Of a stretch of 64,000 nt of DNA, positions 1-9,384 are shown piece by piece. Location: positions 19,742 through 83,741 of IMG/VR virus record IMGVR_UViG_3300005985_000001, one strand, 5' to 3'. The notes beneath the pieces are model-generated. The model worked only from the letters and a program-made list of their open reading frames with translations. It had not been told where the DNA came from and did not search any database. The translations under genes were made by a program, and so were the position numbers. The stretch's first letter is position 1; every line of letters begins with the position of its first letter. The DNA is from a virus. Taxonomy: Duplodnaviria > Caudoviricetes.

Positions 1-2
1 TC

Positions 3-173
3 GATGACGTGCTCTCAGGCACCGCGAAGAGCAAGACCCTGGAGCACGTCATGTACCTCTACCAGGAAATTGTGAAACCGGAAATGGCAACTCAGGAAGA
101 ACCAGGCGCAAAAGAGAAGCGGTTCCTGGAACGTACCACCAACTTCAATCCTCTGGATATAGAGGAGGTTTAG
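3..173 (+). CDS. 3' end of a gene running in from outside the window (56 aa visible)
   Basis: Open frame DDVLSG...LDIEEV ends at TAG 171-173, converging on and overlapping the stop of the minus-strand ORF at 170. Confidence 0.55.
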   Translation, partial: DDVLSGTAKSKTLEHVMYLYQEIVKPEMATQEEPGAKEKRFLERTTNFNPLDIEEV

Positions 174-577
174 TCTCCTTCATAACCACCGCTCAAATCT
201 GACAAATCCATTGCAATCCAGTGAGCAGCAACTAAGGCTCTGCGATTACTACGTTCATCTTCGGTTTCTGCTGTTTCAGCCCAGAGATTATAGAAGTCTT
301 TGTAGATTTCGTTATCAACTTCTTGCTGGGTAGGATAGGGATACCTGAATTGATCTTTCCCAAATTGATCAAAAACCGCAATACGCTCTATGCGACCGTC
401 TACATGGTAGATTTTTGTCCAGAACCGGTAGCCACCTTCTAGGCGTTCGATTTCATCGTTTACATTAACAACGAAGTGCCCGTCCTGAAATGCAAGGTTA
501 TATCCACCCGTGACTACGTTTTGATTGTGAAATAACTTTGCCAGCACTTTAAGTTCTTGTTCATATCTTTCGTGCAT
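170..577 (-). CDS. hypothetical protein
   Basis: 135-aa ORF with GAGGGG RBS; same strand as the early arm. Confidence 0.75.
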   Translation of the reverse strand: MHERYEQELKVLAKLFHNQNVVTGGYNLAFQDGHFVVNVNDEIERLEGGYRFWTKIYHVDGRIERIAVFDQFGKDQFRYPYPTQQEVDNEIYKDFYNLWAETAETEDERSNRRALVAAHWIAMDLSDLSGGYEGD

Positions 578-619
578 TTTCCCCTCACCAGAAAACTAAG
601 GCTTTATAACCAGTATAAC

Positions 620-772
620 TCAATTTGTATTTATAGATAGATTTAGAATGCGTCCTGCCTTTGCACCCTTAGCAGCTTTTACACGTTTTACACGCCCAAT
701 ACTGCTAATTTCATAAACGCCTTCGTAATCTACAACTGGAAGCCACATTTCAGGAGTAGTAGTTTCCTGCAT
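620..772 (-). CDS. NUMOD4-only minigene (50 aa, no HNH domain); absent from the supplied ORF track
   Basis: Manual translation MQETTTPEMWLPVVDYEGVYEISSIGRVKRV...; W..V.DYEG.YEISS.GRV is the NUMOD4 signature; GAAGGAGAA RBS. Confidence 0.7.
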   Translation of the reverse strand: MQETTTPEMWLPVVDYEGVYEISSIGRVKRVKAAKGAKAGRILNLSINTN

Positions 773-832
773 TTGATATTCTCCTTCATGAACCATTGTG
801 GTGAATGGATTATTACTGGATGTTACAGAGGA

Positions 833-1087
833 CTAAAGCACTCTCACAGTATCTACTGGTTGCCATGTCGTCAGGAAAAGCACCTGCTCATCGGCTTCAC
901 CCTCTGCGAGTTCGTCACAATCACTGGACATCAGGTGATAAGGGCGTACATCGAACTTGATGAAAAACTCTGCTACGCCCTCATCCACATGAAAATCCAG
1001 AATTTCTCCTCGTGCTCCCTGTGGCACAAGGGTGTACTTGTCCTTGAGAATCGCAGTTCTTCCGATTAGTTCTTCATAGTTAAGCAT
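833..1087 (-). CDS. hypothetical protein
   Basis: 84-aa ORF with AAAGGG RBS. Confidence 0.7.
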   Translation of the reverse strand: MLNYEELIGRTAILKDKYTLVPQGARGEILDFHVDEGVAEFFIKFDVRPYHLMSSDCDELAEGEADEQVLFLTTWQPVDTVRVL

Positions 1088-1152
1088 AGTTTTTCCCTTT
1101 CATGGTTTGATGATTAATATTACCTTTTTAATCCACTGGATGTTACGAAAGC

Positions 1153-1374
1153 TTAGTTCCAGTCCAGTGGCCAGTCCCTGATTTTCTCACTGGGTTCGAA
1201 CTCACACTCAATCCCGAATCGAGCATACCATTCACGCACCTTTGCTTTGAGATGATCCAATGTCGATGCCTCGAAGTTATTCTCATTGTCAAATGTAAAG
1301 TAAAGCTCGTCTGTGCCGGTATGCGGCATGAATGTGTGCTGAACTACGAATATGAGCTTTGCTATTTTTGCCAT
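1153..1374 (-). CDS. hypothetical protein
   Basis: GGAGG RBS precedes internal ATG (MAKIAK). Confidence 0.65.
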   Translation of the reverse strand: MAKIAKLIFVVQHTFMPHTGTDELYFTFDNENNFEASTLDHLKAKVREWYARFGIECEFEPSEKIRDWPLDWN

Positions 1375-1385
1375 GTATCCTCCAG

Positions 1386-1598
1386 TCAAGGTTTTATCAC
1401 TAATATAACATCGTGTTGTTCTAAACACGTTAGTGCCTCAATCTGATCGCGCCAGGTCGAGCACCAGCGCAGAATGCCCAGCAGATTGCCCGGATACGGG
1501 TCTGCCAGCGGGATTAAGACAATTTGCAGCACCCACCAAAGCGCCAGAATTAGGATGATCAACCCAATGGTCAATCGAAGACTTGGAGCCGCCATCAT
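1386..1598 (-). CDS. small membrane protein
   Basis: Hydrophobic N-terminal helix; ATGA overlap with the upstream stop. Confidence 0.5.
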   Translation of the reverse strand: MMAAPSLRLTIGLIILILALWWVLQIVLIPLADPYPGNLLGILRWCSTWRDQIEALTCLEQHDVILVIKP

Positions 1599-1885
1599 TC
1601 GCCCTGAAGGTATTTCCAGTATTCAGACCATTTGGCTTCGTCATCGAGCAACTCGATCCAGTGATGGACCTCGCTGGATTCCGTGTGGAAATTGGCATCG
1701 CTCAGAGCTTCCGCGAAGACTTCCATGATGCGTAATCCATCCCACTCTGCCCATGAGGAAATGGCGATACCGAGTACCAGATTTTCGTTCTGTCGCAGAC
1801 GATCTGGGGTTTGGTATTTCTCCACAATCGTGGTGGGTAGATGCTGATTAATCAGAGCTTGAATCAAAGCAGCTTTGTCAGACAT
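1595..1885 (-). CDS. hypothetical protein
   Basis: AAGGAGAA RBS before MSDKAA. Confidence 0.7.
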   Translation of the reverse strand: MSDKAALIQALINQHLPTTIVEKYQTPDRLRQNENLVLGIAISSWAEWDGLRIMEVFAEALSDANFHTESSEVHHWIELLDDEAKWSEYWKYLQGE

Positions 1886-1904
1886 TGAGAAATTCTCCTT
1901 CAGG

Positions 1905-2162
1905 TTAGTTTGTGGTGGTTTGAGATTGCGAATTAATGTGAGGTGGCGTTTCCCGTTCAAATTCGGACACCCAGCCTAGAGATGCTTTGACCGCATCTTC
2001 GCCCTGCTCATAGAACATCTTGAGGCAGTCCAGGGCACATAGAGCAACGGTTGGGTCTTCAGCAAATTCATCACAGTGCCACATCACAATCTCACGACCT
2101 TCCTTGTCGTAAATGTAGATACCGCCTTCTTCACTGCCGTAGATTCGAACCTGTTCGTGCAT
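1905..2162 (-). CDS. hypothetical protein
   Basis: 85-aa ORF, coupled to the upstream stop. Confidence 0.7.
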   Translation of the reverse strand: MHEQVRIYGSEEGGIYIYDKEGREIVMWHCDEFAEDPTVALCALDCLKMFYEQGEDAVKASLGWVSEFERETPPHINSQSQTTTN

Positions 2163-2428
2163 CAGTCCTCGTCTCCCTCGGAACGTTCCGTCGCTTGGTA
2201 AATCTTTTCATAGGTAAACAACCGAAGCACTTCTGGGTCACATTCATCGACGTTCTTAATCTCGTTCCAGAACGCATCTCCGGTATCCACATCTTCATAA
2301 AGGGCAGCTTCACCTTCAGGGTCTTCCTGCATCGCCTTGATGAATTCATAGGCATCATCCGCAGTCTCGGCTTCGACTAGGGTATACCCGTAGATCGTCC
2401 ATTCGTGCCGCACGTTAAAGATGGGCAT
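2162..2428 (-). CDS. acidic VEAE-motif paralog 1
   Basis: MPIFNVRHEWTIYGYTLVEAETADDAYE; GGAG RBS. Confidence 0.7.
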   Translation of the reverse strand: MPIFNVRHEWTIYGYTLVEAETADDAYEFIKAMQEDPEGEAALYEDVDTGDAFWNEIKNVDECDPEVLRLFTYEKIYQATERSEGDED

Positions 2429-2639
2429 CGTCAACTCCATCCAAATCAGATTCCAATTCGACAATTTCATCTACGCCGCGATAGTGCATATCGTGCATGT
2501 CCAGTGAATCCAGCAAGTTTAGGTACTCGCCATTGACTGCCATATCATCGACCAGTTCATGCGCATCATCTACGCTCTCTGCTTCCACGTCGATCTCGCC
2601 GTAGACGGTGTAAGTGAAGGTCACTTTGTAGTAGTTCAT
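2415..2639 (-). CDS. acidic VEAE-motif paralog 2
   Basis: MNYYKVTFTYTVYGEIDVEAESVDDAHE. Confidence 0.75.
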   Translation of the reverse strand: MNYYKVTFTYTVYGEIDVEAESVDDAHELVDDMAVNGEYLNLLDSLDMHDMHYRGVDEIVELESDLDGVDDAHL

Positions 2640-2833
2640 TTGGTCTCCTCACTGATAAATGTACTTCCTGCGAACTGTGTTTCTATCGGAACTGGATTGA
2701 CCAATGCAGCACGGATGTTTTCTTCAGTCATCCAATCCAGCGCATCGTAGGCATCATCCAGAGTTTCTGCCTCAATCAAAAGATTGCTGGTCAAGCTAAA
2801 GTCAATTGAAAACCGATATTTAGGCATCTTCAT
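2636..2833 (-). CDS. acidic VEAE-motif paralog 3
   Basis: MPKYRFSIDFSLTSNLLIEAETLDDAYD. Confidence 0.7.
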   Translation of the reverse strand: MKMPKYRFSIDFSLTSNLLIEAETLDDAYDALDWMTEENIRAALVNPVPIETQFAGSTFISEETK

Positions 2834-3284
2834 CCTCCAGTTCCAGAGCTTCGCGCTCTTCGTCAGTCAGTAAAAGCTCTGGGTAGTTTTGCTCGATTTG
2901 CCACTCCAATCCGACCCAGAAGGCTTCTGACATCGCCTCACCGTAAATCCTGTCTGCGAGATGATGCATATCTGAATCACTGAGTGCAGCAACCCGTTTC
3001 TCGCTGCACCAGGGTTCATCTTCATTAGGTCCCAGTAAATCATTCCGATGTAGATGTGTCACCGGGAACCACTGCTGGATGATCTCCGCATCGCCAGCTT
3101 CTTCACTGGCATAACGAAGCTCGTACTCCTGATACCCGCCAAAAACCATCATCTGGGCAAGTTGCTCTGGATCGCAGATTTCGGCGCATCGTTCGGTTGC
3201 TTCGAAGAGTACATCACCATTGAGACTGTTGTAAATCACGGTGCCACGTTCCCAGTCAAATTTCGCAGCAAGTACGATTCGCAT
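2820..3284 (-). CDS. hypothetical protein
   Basis: AAGGAGAA RBS before MRIVLAAK; the longer start in the track overlaps the next gene. Confidence 0.7.
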   Translation of the reverse strand: MRIVLAAKFDWERGTVIYNSLNGDVLFEATERCAEICDPEQLAQMMVFGGYQEYELRYASEEAGDAEIIQQWFPVTHLHRNDLLGPNEDEPWCSEKRVAALSDSDMHHLADRIYGEAMSEAFWVGLEWQIEQNYPELLLTDEEREALELEDEDA

Positions 3285-3469
3285 TAATATTCTCCTTCTT
3301 CTAAAACAGCGACTCGTCGTTCCAGATCCTTGATCCGCTGATCGAGTGGCACGACAATGCCATCGATGATGTCGCTGATTTCGGCATAGGTGTCTGAATC
3401 CACGCCGAGTCCAGCTTCTCGCATCAGCATGATGATGTAGTGTTGCAGGAGATCCGTTGGCGTAAGCAT
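3284..3469 (-). CDS. small coiled-coil protein
   Basis: 61-aa ORF ending LDQRIKDLERRVAVLEE; GAGG RBS. Confidence 0.65.
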   Translation of the reverse strand: MLTPTDLLQHYIIMLMREAGLGVDSDTYAEISDIIDGIVVPLDQRIKDLERRVAVLEEGEY

Positions 3470-3472
3470 AAC

Positions 3473-4573
3473 TTAACCTCTTTTCTGGCGAATAACCGGC
3501 ATAATCAGGGCAAGTCCACGAGAAGCGACCGGACGCATGACAATCGCTTCGTTCCACTGGTTGCCTTTAATGCGAATAACATCCTCGGTAAAGCTGTTCA
3601 GCACATCCTGCATATATTTCAGGTTGACATCGACGGTGAGACTTTCGCCAGTGAAGTCACTTTCCATCTGGTCTTCCAGATCCCCACGTTCTGGAGATAC
3701 GCCATAGATTTCCACGCCCTGCTCGGTACTGACGATCTTACTGGCAAGATTGTCATCTTTGGCGAAGATTGCTGCACGCTTCAGGGCTTTCAATAACTGC
3801 TTACGGTCCAGATCCAGTTCAGTGACATAACTCTTGGGAATAATTGCTTCGAAGTCTGGATACTTCCCTTCAAGCAACTGGCTCACCAGTACCATATCGC
3901 CAACCATGAAGTAAGCTTTTTCCTGATAGAGGTCAAAGTAAATGGTCTCGGCATCCCCTCGCGCAGCTTCTTTCCAGATTCGTGCGGGAATCACCGCTTC
4001 GTATTCAACCCCTTCAATGTTCTCAATGTGGACATGGCACTGAGCCAACCGATACCCATCTGAAGCTTCCAGCTTCATGATGTTGTTTTTGATGACGACA
4101 TGAACGCCAGTCAGGATTGGACGTGCCTGTTCTCTGGCAACCGCATAGATCACTTCACGGACCGCTTCCCGGAACGTTCCGCCATCGATTAAAATGGCAT
4201 ATTCGGTAATCGTTGGAATTGGCGGAAACTCTTTCGCGGGCTTCCCCTTGAAACGATTCTTTGAAGTGCCATTAAGAACAGTCGTGACTTCAACCCCTTC
4301 ATCCAGATCAAAATCGACCCGTTCTGGTGAGAGCAAATGCACGACTTCTTTGAACGTTTTGGCATGAAGGGTGGTTGAACCTTCACGATCTACTTTGGCT
4401 TTAATCCGGCTCATAATCGTGAGTTCTAGGTCTGTACCCACAAGCCAAACGCCATCACCTTCGGTTTGCACCAAGATGTTTGCCAGAATCGGCAAACGGG
4501 GCTTGGTCTCCACTGCCGCAGATGCCTGCTTGAGTGCTGTTTCCAACGTATCTTGCAAAACCGAGAATTTCAT
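3473..4573 (-). CDS. dnaN: DNA polymerase III beta sliding clamp
   Basis: 366 aa; LPILANIL, GTDLE, RPILTGV, ASDGYRLA, EGKYPDFEAIIP, VNLKYMQD motifs typical of DnaN. Confidence 0.95.
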   Translation of the reverse strand: MKFSVLQDTLETALKQASAAVETKPRLPILANILVQTEGDGVWLVGTDLELTIMSRIKAKVDREGSTTLHAKTFKEVVHLLSPERVDFDLDEGVEVTTVLNGTSKNRFKGKPAKEFPPIPTITEYAILIDGGTFREAVREVIYAVAREQARPILTGVHVVIKNNIMKLEASDGYRLAQCHVHIENIEGVEYEAVIPARIWKEAARGDAETIYFDLYQEKAYFMVGDMVLVSQLLEGKYPDFEAIIPKSYVTELDLDRKQLLKALKRAAIFAKDDNLASKIVSTEQGVEIYGVSPERGDLEDQMESDFTGESLTVDVNLKYMQDVLNSFTEDVIRIKGNQWNEAIVMRPVASRGLALIMPVIRQKRG

Positions 4574-5100
4574 GGAGTTTTCTCCTGTGTGCGTGAATAT
4601 TCGATATAGTTGCCATCAGATTGAGAGCCGTATTTGCTGGAGGTATAGCCAGAAGTCCAGAAACGAATCAGGCCTGGCGCTCGCTTAATCAGCCGGTTGA
4701 ATCCCCGTTTGGCATCCGCGTTGAGGATGTAGTCATAATCCATCCATTCGGGTTCATATTCTGGCTTGTAGCGTTCCCAGCGACGGTAGGTTTTTGGCTT
4801 CAGATAGAAGCAAGGTGATCCGTCTGCACCAGTGGCGTCGATGCCAATGTAAAGCCGGTCAGTTTCTCCGATGAGGAGTGTGTTATGCTTATCAGGATCA
4901 AGCCGTCGAATCGCCCATGCATTAAAACATTCCAGTACGAGATTTTGGAACCAGTCGTAGGCATCACTTTCCAGATCAGCCTGTTCCCAGTGGGCATCTT
5001 CGGCATTTTTGTCGAAGTCTTCTGGCAGGGCATCTTCATAAAGCTGGTATAGATCGAGAATGATGTGATGATCGTACTGGTAGGCCACACCTGCACCCAT
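4570..5100 (-). CDS. hypothetical protein
   Basis: 176-aa ORF, ATGA overlap with dnaN. Confidence 0.75.
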   Translation of the reverse strand: MGAGVAYQYDHHIILDLYQLYEDALPEDFDKNAEDAHWEQADLESDAYDWFQNLVLECFNAWAIRRLDPDKHNTLLIGETDRLYIGIDATGADGSPCFYLKPKTYRRWERYKPEYEPEWMDYDYILNADAKRGFNRLIKRAPGLIRFWTSGYTSSKYGSQSDGNYIEYSRTQEKTP

Positions 5101-5264
5101 TACTGCACCTCCACATCTTCGATAAAATAGCCACCTGGATCACGATGATCCATCCGAAAATAGTGATAGTCTTCCTCCTGAGCTTGTAGCTCATCCAGTA
5201 AGTTTGTGATACCCAACTCTACTTCTTTGAATAGTTCATCCAGAAAGTTCACAGGACGTTCCTT

Positions 5265-5774
5265 TCAGCTTTTGTAAATGCGATAGAGGGTGTTGAAGTG
5301 CCTGACTTGCTCGGCAGTGGTGCCTCTGAACCTGCCAGAAAACACCCAGTTGCCAATCTGCTCCCAGTAGGAGGCGCTGCCGATCTGGTTGGGTGAGCCA
5401 TCGGATGTACCCGAAAGATGCGACAGTTCGTGGATCATGAGTCCGCCTTCTACAGCGTCATTCTCATAGACCCGTACAAAAGCGATGTCTGCCTTCACAG
5501 AAGCCTTCGGGTCTATACGCTGTTCTTCAGCGTTCCAGCGTTGGCGATGCAGCCCGAAGCTGACGTAGCCCAGTTCTGTGAGCCAGTTGCGGCTGTACCC
5601 GATGATGAGATCAAGCTGCCGCTCATCATTGAAGAACACCAGAATGTGCGGGCGTCCTTTGTCCGAGCAAACCGTTCGCAGATAAGCATCCATCTGCTGG
5701 AGCTTGGCGTCGGTTAAACCAGGGATGCCATGATCGGCACAGTGAATGACCGTGAGCGTATCGCGCGTGGTCAT
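5265..5774 (-). CDS. putative zinc metalloprotease (HExxH, aspzincin/M35-like)
   Basis: LMIHELSHLSGTSD = HExxH followed by GTxD. Confidence 0.55.
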   Translation of the reverse strand: MTTRDTLTVIHCADHGIPGLTDAKLQQMDAYLRTVCSDKGRPHILVFFNDERQLDLIIGYSRNWLTELGYVSFGLHRQRWNAEEQRIDPKASVKADIAFVRVYENDAVEGGLMIHELSHLSGTSDGSPNQIGSASYWEQIGNWVFSGRFRGTTAEQVRHFNTLYRIYKS

Positions 5775-5824
5775 CGAGCATTCTCCTTCACTTGTTTCGC
5801 TGGTGGTGTCAGCGAGAAAACGAA

Positions 5825-6289
5825 TTAGGCGACTGAATCCACTGAACCTACCGTATTGCTGTAAGCATTGTTGATGGTGATAAATTCCGTATCAAAACAC
5901 TCGTTCAGATAGAACTGTGCAAACTCGGCAGCAACTTCCGAATTGGCAAGATAGAAATAGGCCTCACTTGCACCATCTGGGCTATCCTCATCCGGGACGA
6001 CAAATCCAATCATGTCATCATTATCATCCCGCAGATGAAACGGCGGTATCCAGTCCTGGTTCTCAGATGTGGCACGAAATTCACTGTCCGGGATGAACAT
6101 CTCTACGAACCGACTGCCATCCCAGGCTTGGACAATCTGATGATCACTTTCATAGGCGGATACGGGATTTGGATTTAATGGGTCAAGCACTTCGAGTCCC
6201 GTAATGACGCGCAGAATGAAATCGCCTTGCTTCTCATTCGGCTGACGCTGGAACTGCTGTTGTGCTTCGAGAGATAGATAATTACCCAT
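5825..6289 (-). CDS. hypothetical protein
   Basis: 154-aa ORF with GAGGAGG RBS. Confidence 0.7.
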   Translation of the reverse strand: MGNYLSLEAQQQFQRQPNEKQGDFILRVITGLEVLDPLNPNPVSAYESDHQIVQAWDGSRFVEMFIPDSEFRATSENQDWIPPFHLRDDNDDMIGFVVPDEDSPDGASEAYFYLANSEVAAEFAQFYLNECFDTEFITINNAYSNTVGSVDSVA

Positions 6290-6448
6290 TTACCATTCCT
6301 CCTCGTCCAAATCAATTCCGTCTGATCCGCCAGCATATTCCCATTGTGCAAAAATCTGTGCTACAGCAGCAAGAACATCTGATTCAGTATGTCCTGCCAC
6401 AAGTAGTTTCATGATGGTAGTCCACAGAGGTTGATATTCTTTTTCCAT

Positions 6449-6901
6449 CTATTTCCCCTTGAGTTTGTCTAAGAACACGGTGAAATCATCCATTGTGACC
6501 ACTGGATAGAGCCAGTAGTGCCGTGCCTTGATACGATCATCGACCCAATCGACCCAGTAGCGCATCTGCTCCATTTCTGGGGTCATATCACTGTGATCAT
6601 CGTAGAAAATACAGGGCATCAAGGGTGCAATCTTGACATGGTTATTCATGAAGAAATAGCCATGTTCCAGTACGCGAAACCGGTAAAGATTGTGATCCTC
6701 AAACACCTGCAATTCGACGGTATTGTTCTCCAGCCAGTGCATGAGTTGCTTAATATCTTCTGCGCTGACGGAACGTTCCGAAGGTTGTAGAACATCAGCC
6801 TTCAGAAGCGGATACTCATCGACATACAACTGACGCAAGTTCTGACTGAATGTCCACCAGTCTTTTCGCTCGATGGTGTAGAGTGTGAGACGTGTACCCA
6901 T
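6449..6901 (-). CDS. hypothetical protein
   Basis: 150-aa ORF, TAATG coupling, AAGGAGAA RBS. Confidence 0.75.
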   Translation of the reverse strand: MGTRLTLYTIERKDWWTFSQNLRQLYVDEYPLLKADVLQPSERSVSAEDIKQLMHWLENNTVELQVFEDHNLYRFRVLEHGYFFMNNHVKIAPLMPCIFYDDHSDMTPEMEQMRYWVDWVDDRIKARHYWLYPVVTMDDFTVFLDKLKGK

Positions 6902-7308
6902 TATTCTCCTTCCGTTTCATCATCCCAGGGCGTAATGATAAAATCCACATCTTTACTGAGCACAGGCATTGACCACTGTTCAAACACCGGTGCTTCGCCT
7001 TCGTAACCCATTTCTTCACGACTGGCGATCAATACCGGACCATGTAAATCCCAGGATGCGCCTTCCGGCACGGGACGCAACCGATCCACCAGTTCAGTCG
7101 CATCGTGGTTTTGAAGCATTCCATTGAAGCGCCCTTCTTCGTTAAACACTGCGACCAATCCTTCATTGAGATCCATTACTTCAATCCATCCATGCACATG
7201 CTGCTGGAGTTCTTCAAGCGTAAACACCTGACCGTTATTTGGAACCCATTCCACTGAATACTCAATGATGTCGCCTTTGATCTCACTCATATCATAGAGG
7301 GTTGCCAT
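6901..7308 (-). CDS. DUF3846-like phage protein
   Basis: LEELQQHVHGWIE...NEEGRF...N..AT...LHGPVLI pattern recalled for DUF3846. Confidence 0.65.
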   Translation of the reverse strand: MATLYDMSEIKGDIIEYSVEWVPNNGQVFTLEELQQHVHGWIEVMDLNEGLVAVFNEEGRFNGMLQNHDATELVDRLRPVPEGASWDLHGPVLIASREEMGYEGEAPVFEQWSMPVLSKDVDFIITPWDDETEGE

Positions 7309-7694
7309 TAGTTATTCTCTCCTTTTTCGCTGTGATCTTCGTTAAAATCAGTAGACCGAGCGACACTCAGATTTTCCCAGCCACCTGCAAGCTCGATCAG
7401 CCACTCCGGGTAGATTTCATCTACGAACTGAATATCATTCTCGCGGTCTTCGGTTTCGATCATGTCCTGCAACCACTCGCGAAGGGTGCAGTTGCCTTCG
7501 GTGAGACGTTCTAGGAGTTCATTAGGAACACCTGTGAGGAGATTTACGCAAAGTACGGCTCGTTTCATATCTGCTTTTGCGCGATTCTGTTCACCGGGAC
7601 GAAACTGAGCCAATGCGATCACATCGGAACGTTCTGCCGCAATATGAAAACCACTGTAGGCTGTTACCCAGGGTTCGGGAGTGTGACTATTCAT
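7308..7694 (-). CDS. HTPxPW-family paralog 1
   Basis: MNSHTPEPW...AVLCVNLLTG. Confidence 0.75.
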   Translation of the reverse strand: MNSHTPEPWVTAYSGFHIAAERSDVIALAQFRPGEQNRAKADMKRAVLCVNLLTGVPNELLERLTEGNCTLREWLQDMIETEDRENDIQFVDEIYPEWLIELAGGWENLSVARSTDFNEDHSEKGENN

Positions 7695-8116
7695 TAGCTA
7701 TTGCCCTCCATGAATAGGTTGAACTTGTTGATGAGTTTCTGAAGATCGCCAAATGCCTGAAGCTGTTCATTAGTGAATCCGGCACAGAAATTCACACATG
7801 CTGCGGAACGTTCCGCGTTTGCCAGTGCCGACCCATACTGACGGTAGCCAGCCGGGTAATCGCTGCTGTAGACACCTTGTAGGTTACGCTTACGTTCTTC
7901 GAAGTCGTATTCCGACCACTGTGATTCAACCACTTGTGTCACCGGTTCTTCAAAGGTGGCAATTTCCACCGGCTGCATGAACTCTTCTTCACGGTCATAT
8001 TCAATCCGCACAGGAACAGGGCGAATCCCAACCGTCCGATCTCCTGGCTCATAGGGCATGGCATACCAAGGTTCGGGGGTCCAGTCTTCAATTCTCGGCA
8101 TTATGATCCTCCGCAA
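7694..8116 (-). CDS. HTPxPW-family paralog 2
   Basis: WTPEPW...ANAERSAACVNFCAG. Confidence 0.75.
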   Translation of the reverse strand: MRRIIMPRIEDWTPEPWYAMPYEPGDRTVGIRPVPVRIEYDREEEFMQPVEIATFEEPVTQVVESQWSEYDFEERKRNLQGVYSSDYPAGYRQYGSALANAERSAACVNFCAGFTNEQLQAFGDLQKLINKFNLFMEGNS

Positions 8117-8303
8117 TGGCTACTTGGTTGATTTGTAATTCGACACCGTTTTCTAACTTGATGCCGTTGAAGACGTTTAAGACTTCGAAAATCTGGTCAT
8201 CTTCCATGAAGCTCACTTGTTCAGCAGCTTCCTCAAGCGTCTCAGCTTCAATGTCTAAAATCATGAACAGACTCATATCGACCCAGAAGGGAAACTTAGG
8301 CAT
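8088..8303 (-). CDS. acidic VEAE-motif paralog 4
   Basis: MPKFPFWVDMSLFMILDIEAETLEEAAE. Confidence 0.7.
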   Translation of the reverse strand: MPKFPFWVDMSLFMILDIEAETLEEAAEQVSFMEDDQIFEVLNVFNGIKLENGVELQINQVAIAEDHNAEN

Positions 8304-8668
8304 TACTTAACTCCATTGAGTAACTTATAAATTAAATCTCGGTCTTGGAGATTGAGATGCACTAGACACTCATTGATTCCGCCGAGTGTCCAGGTTTGGT
8401 TGTAGATATAGCGCAGCATGGAACGCATCAGTGCATTTTCTTCTTTGGTTTGTTCCAGTAACGTATTGAACAGTTCGAAAGTCTGAATGGCTGGTTCTGT
8501 CATCTGTTCACGAGTTAAGCCTTCGCAGAAATTGACGCATTGAACGATATGCCGGGCATCGTTATTGTATAGATCGATAGCAACCGTATTATTATCGGCA
8601 TCGACAATCACAGTTTCGCCAAAAGATTCGACGCGCCAGGGAAGTGGGCTAAGTAGATTACTCATCAT
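8303..8668 (-). CDS. HTPxPW-family paralog 3
   Basis: LSPLPWRV...NDARHIVQCVNFCEG. Confidence 0.7.
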   Translation of the reverse strand: MMSNLLSPLPWRVESFGETVIVDADNNTVAIDLYNNDARHIVQCVNFCEGLTREQMTEPAIQTFELFNTLLEQTKEENALMRSMLRYIYNQTWTLGGINECLVHLNLQDRDLIYKLLNGVK

Positions 8669-8930
8669 TTGGCTCCCAGCTAAATTCGCTTTCGAGGCAG
8701 TTCCACACTTCGTTTTCATCGCGGTCAGTCAAAAATCTTCCGTTGTAGAGATAGTAGTATTCGAGGAAAGTGACTTTTCCGTTATAGGTATGCATGAAAG
8801 CCACTTCAGTGAAATGTGGACTTTCGCGTTCTAATGCCGCTTTCCAGCCAAGAATCAAATCGTTGTAGCTTTCAGCCGGATACCAGTGATCACCAATCAA
8901 TTCGATGAACGTCACAAGTTCTTCATGCAT
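8658..8930 (-). CDS. hypothetical protein
   Basis: 90-aa ORF overlapping its neighbours by a few nt. Confidence 0.7.
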   Translation of the reverse strand: MHEELVTFIELIGDHWYPAESYNDLILGWKAALERESPHFTEVAFMHTYNGKVTFLEYYYLYNGRFLTDRDENEVWNCLESEFSWEPNDE

Positions 8931-9384
8931 GAAGCATCCTTTCTAATTTCATTTGGAGATTTGCCGGTATGTTGATGCTGGCTTTGTAGATTTCGAAAAG
9001 CTCTTGTTTCTGTGCTTCTGAGAACACGCCATTAGCAACGCGATTCAGTTCAAAGCACTCCTGAGCATGTTCCCAGTCGAATGGAAATTCGCTAAAATGA
9101 TCAAGCTCGTTATCCACGCCATAATCGGTCAGCGTGTAATCCAGAAGGCAATGACAGTTCTCGCATATCTCGCTACCATCTTCCTCATAGGCGTAGCCGC
9201 CCCGGTAGTCTTCGAGCCACACGGCATTGGGGCGGAGAAGAAGAATGCAATCATGGCAGTAACTCAGCCCTTCATCGTCACCGTCATTACAGAACCAATA
9301 GGGCGGCGGCGGAACCTTTTCTCGCTGGGATAATTTGTGTTCGCAAGCACTGAGAAACTCGTGAAGATCGATTGAATCAATCAC
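8923..9384 (-). CDS. Cys-rich hypothetical protein
   Basis: CHDC and CENC pairs; GGAGG RBS. Confidence 0.75.
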   Translation of the reverse strand: MIDSIDLHEFLSACEHKLSQREKVPPPPYWFCNDGDDEGLSYCHDCILLLRPNAVWLEDYRGGYAYEEDGSEICENCHCLLDYTLTDYGVDNELDHFSEFPFDWEHAQECFELNRVANGVFSEAQKQELFEIYKASINIPANLQMKLERMLHA

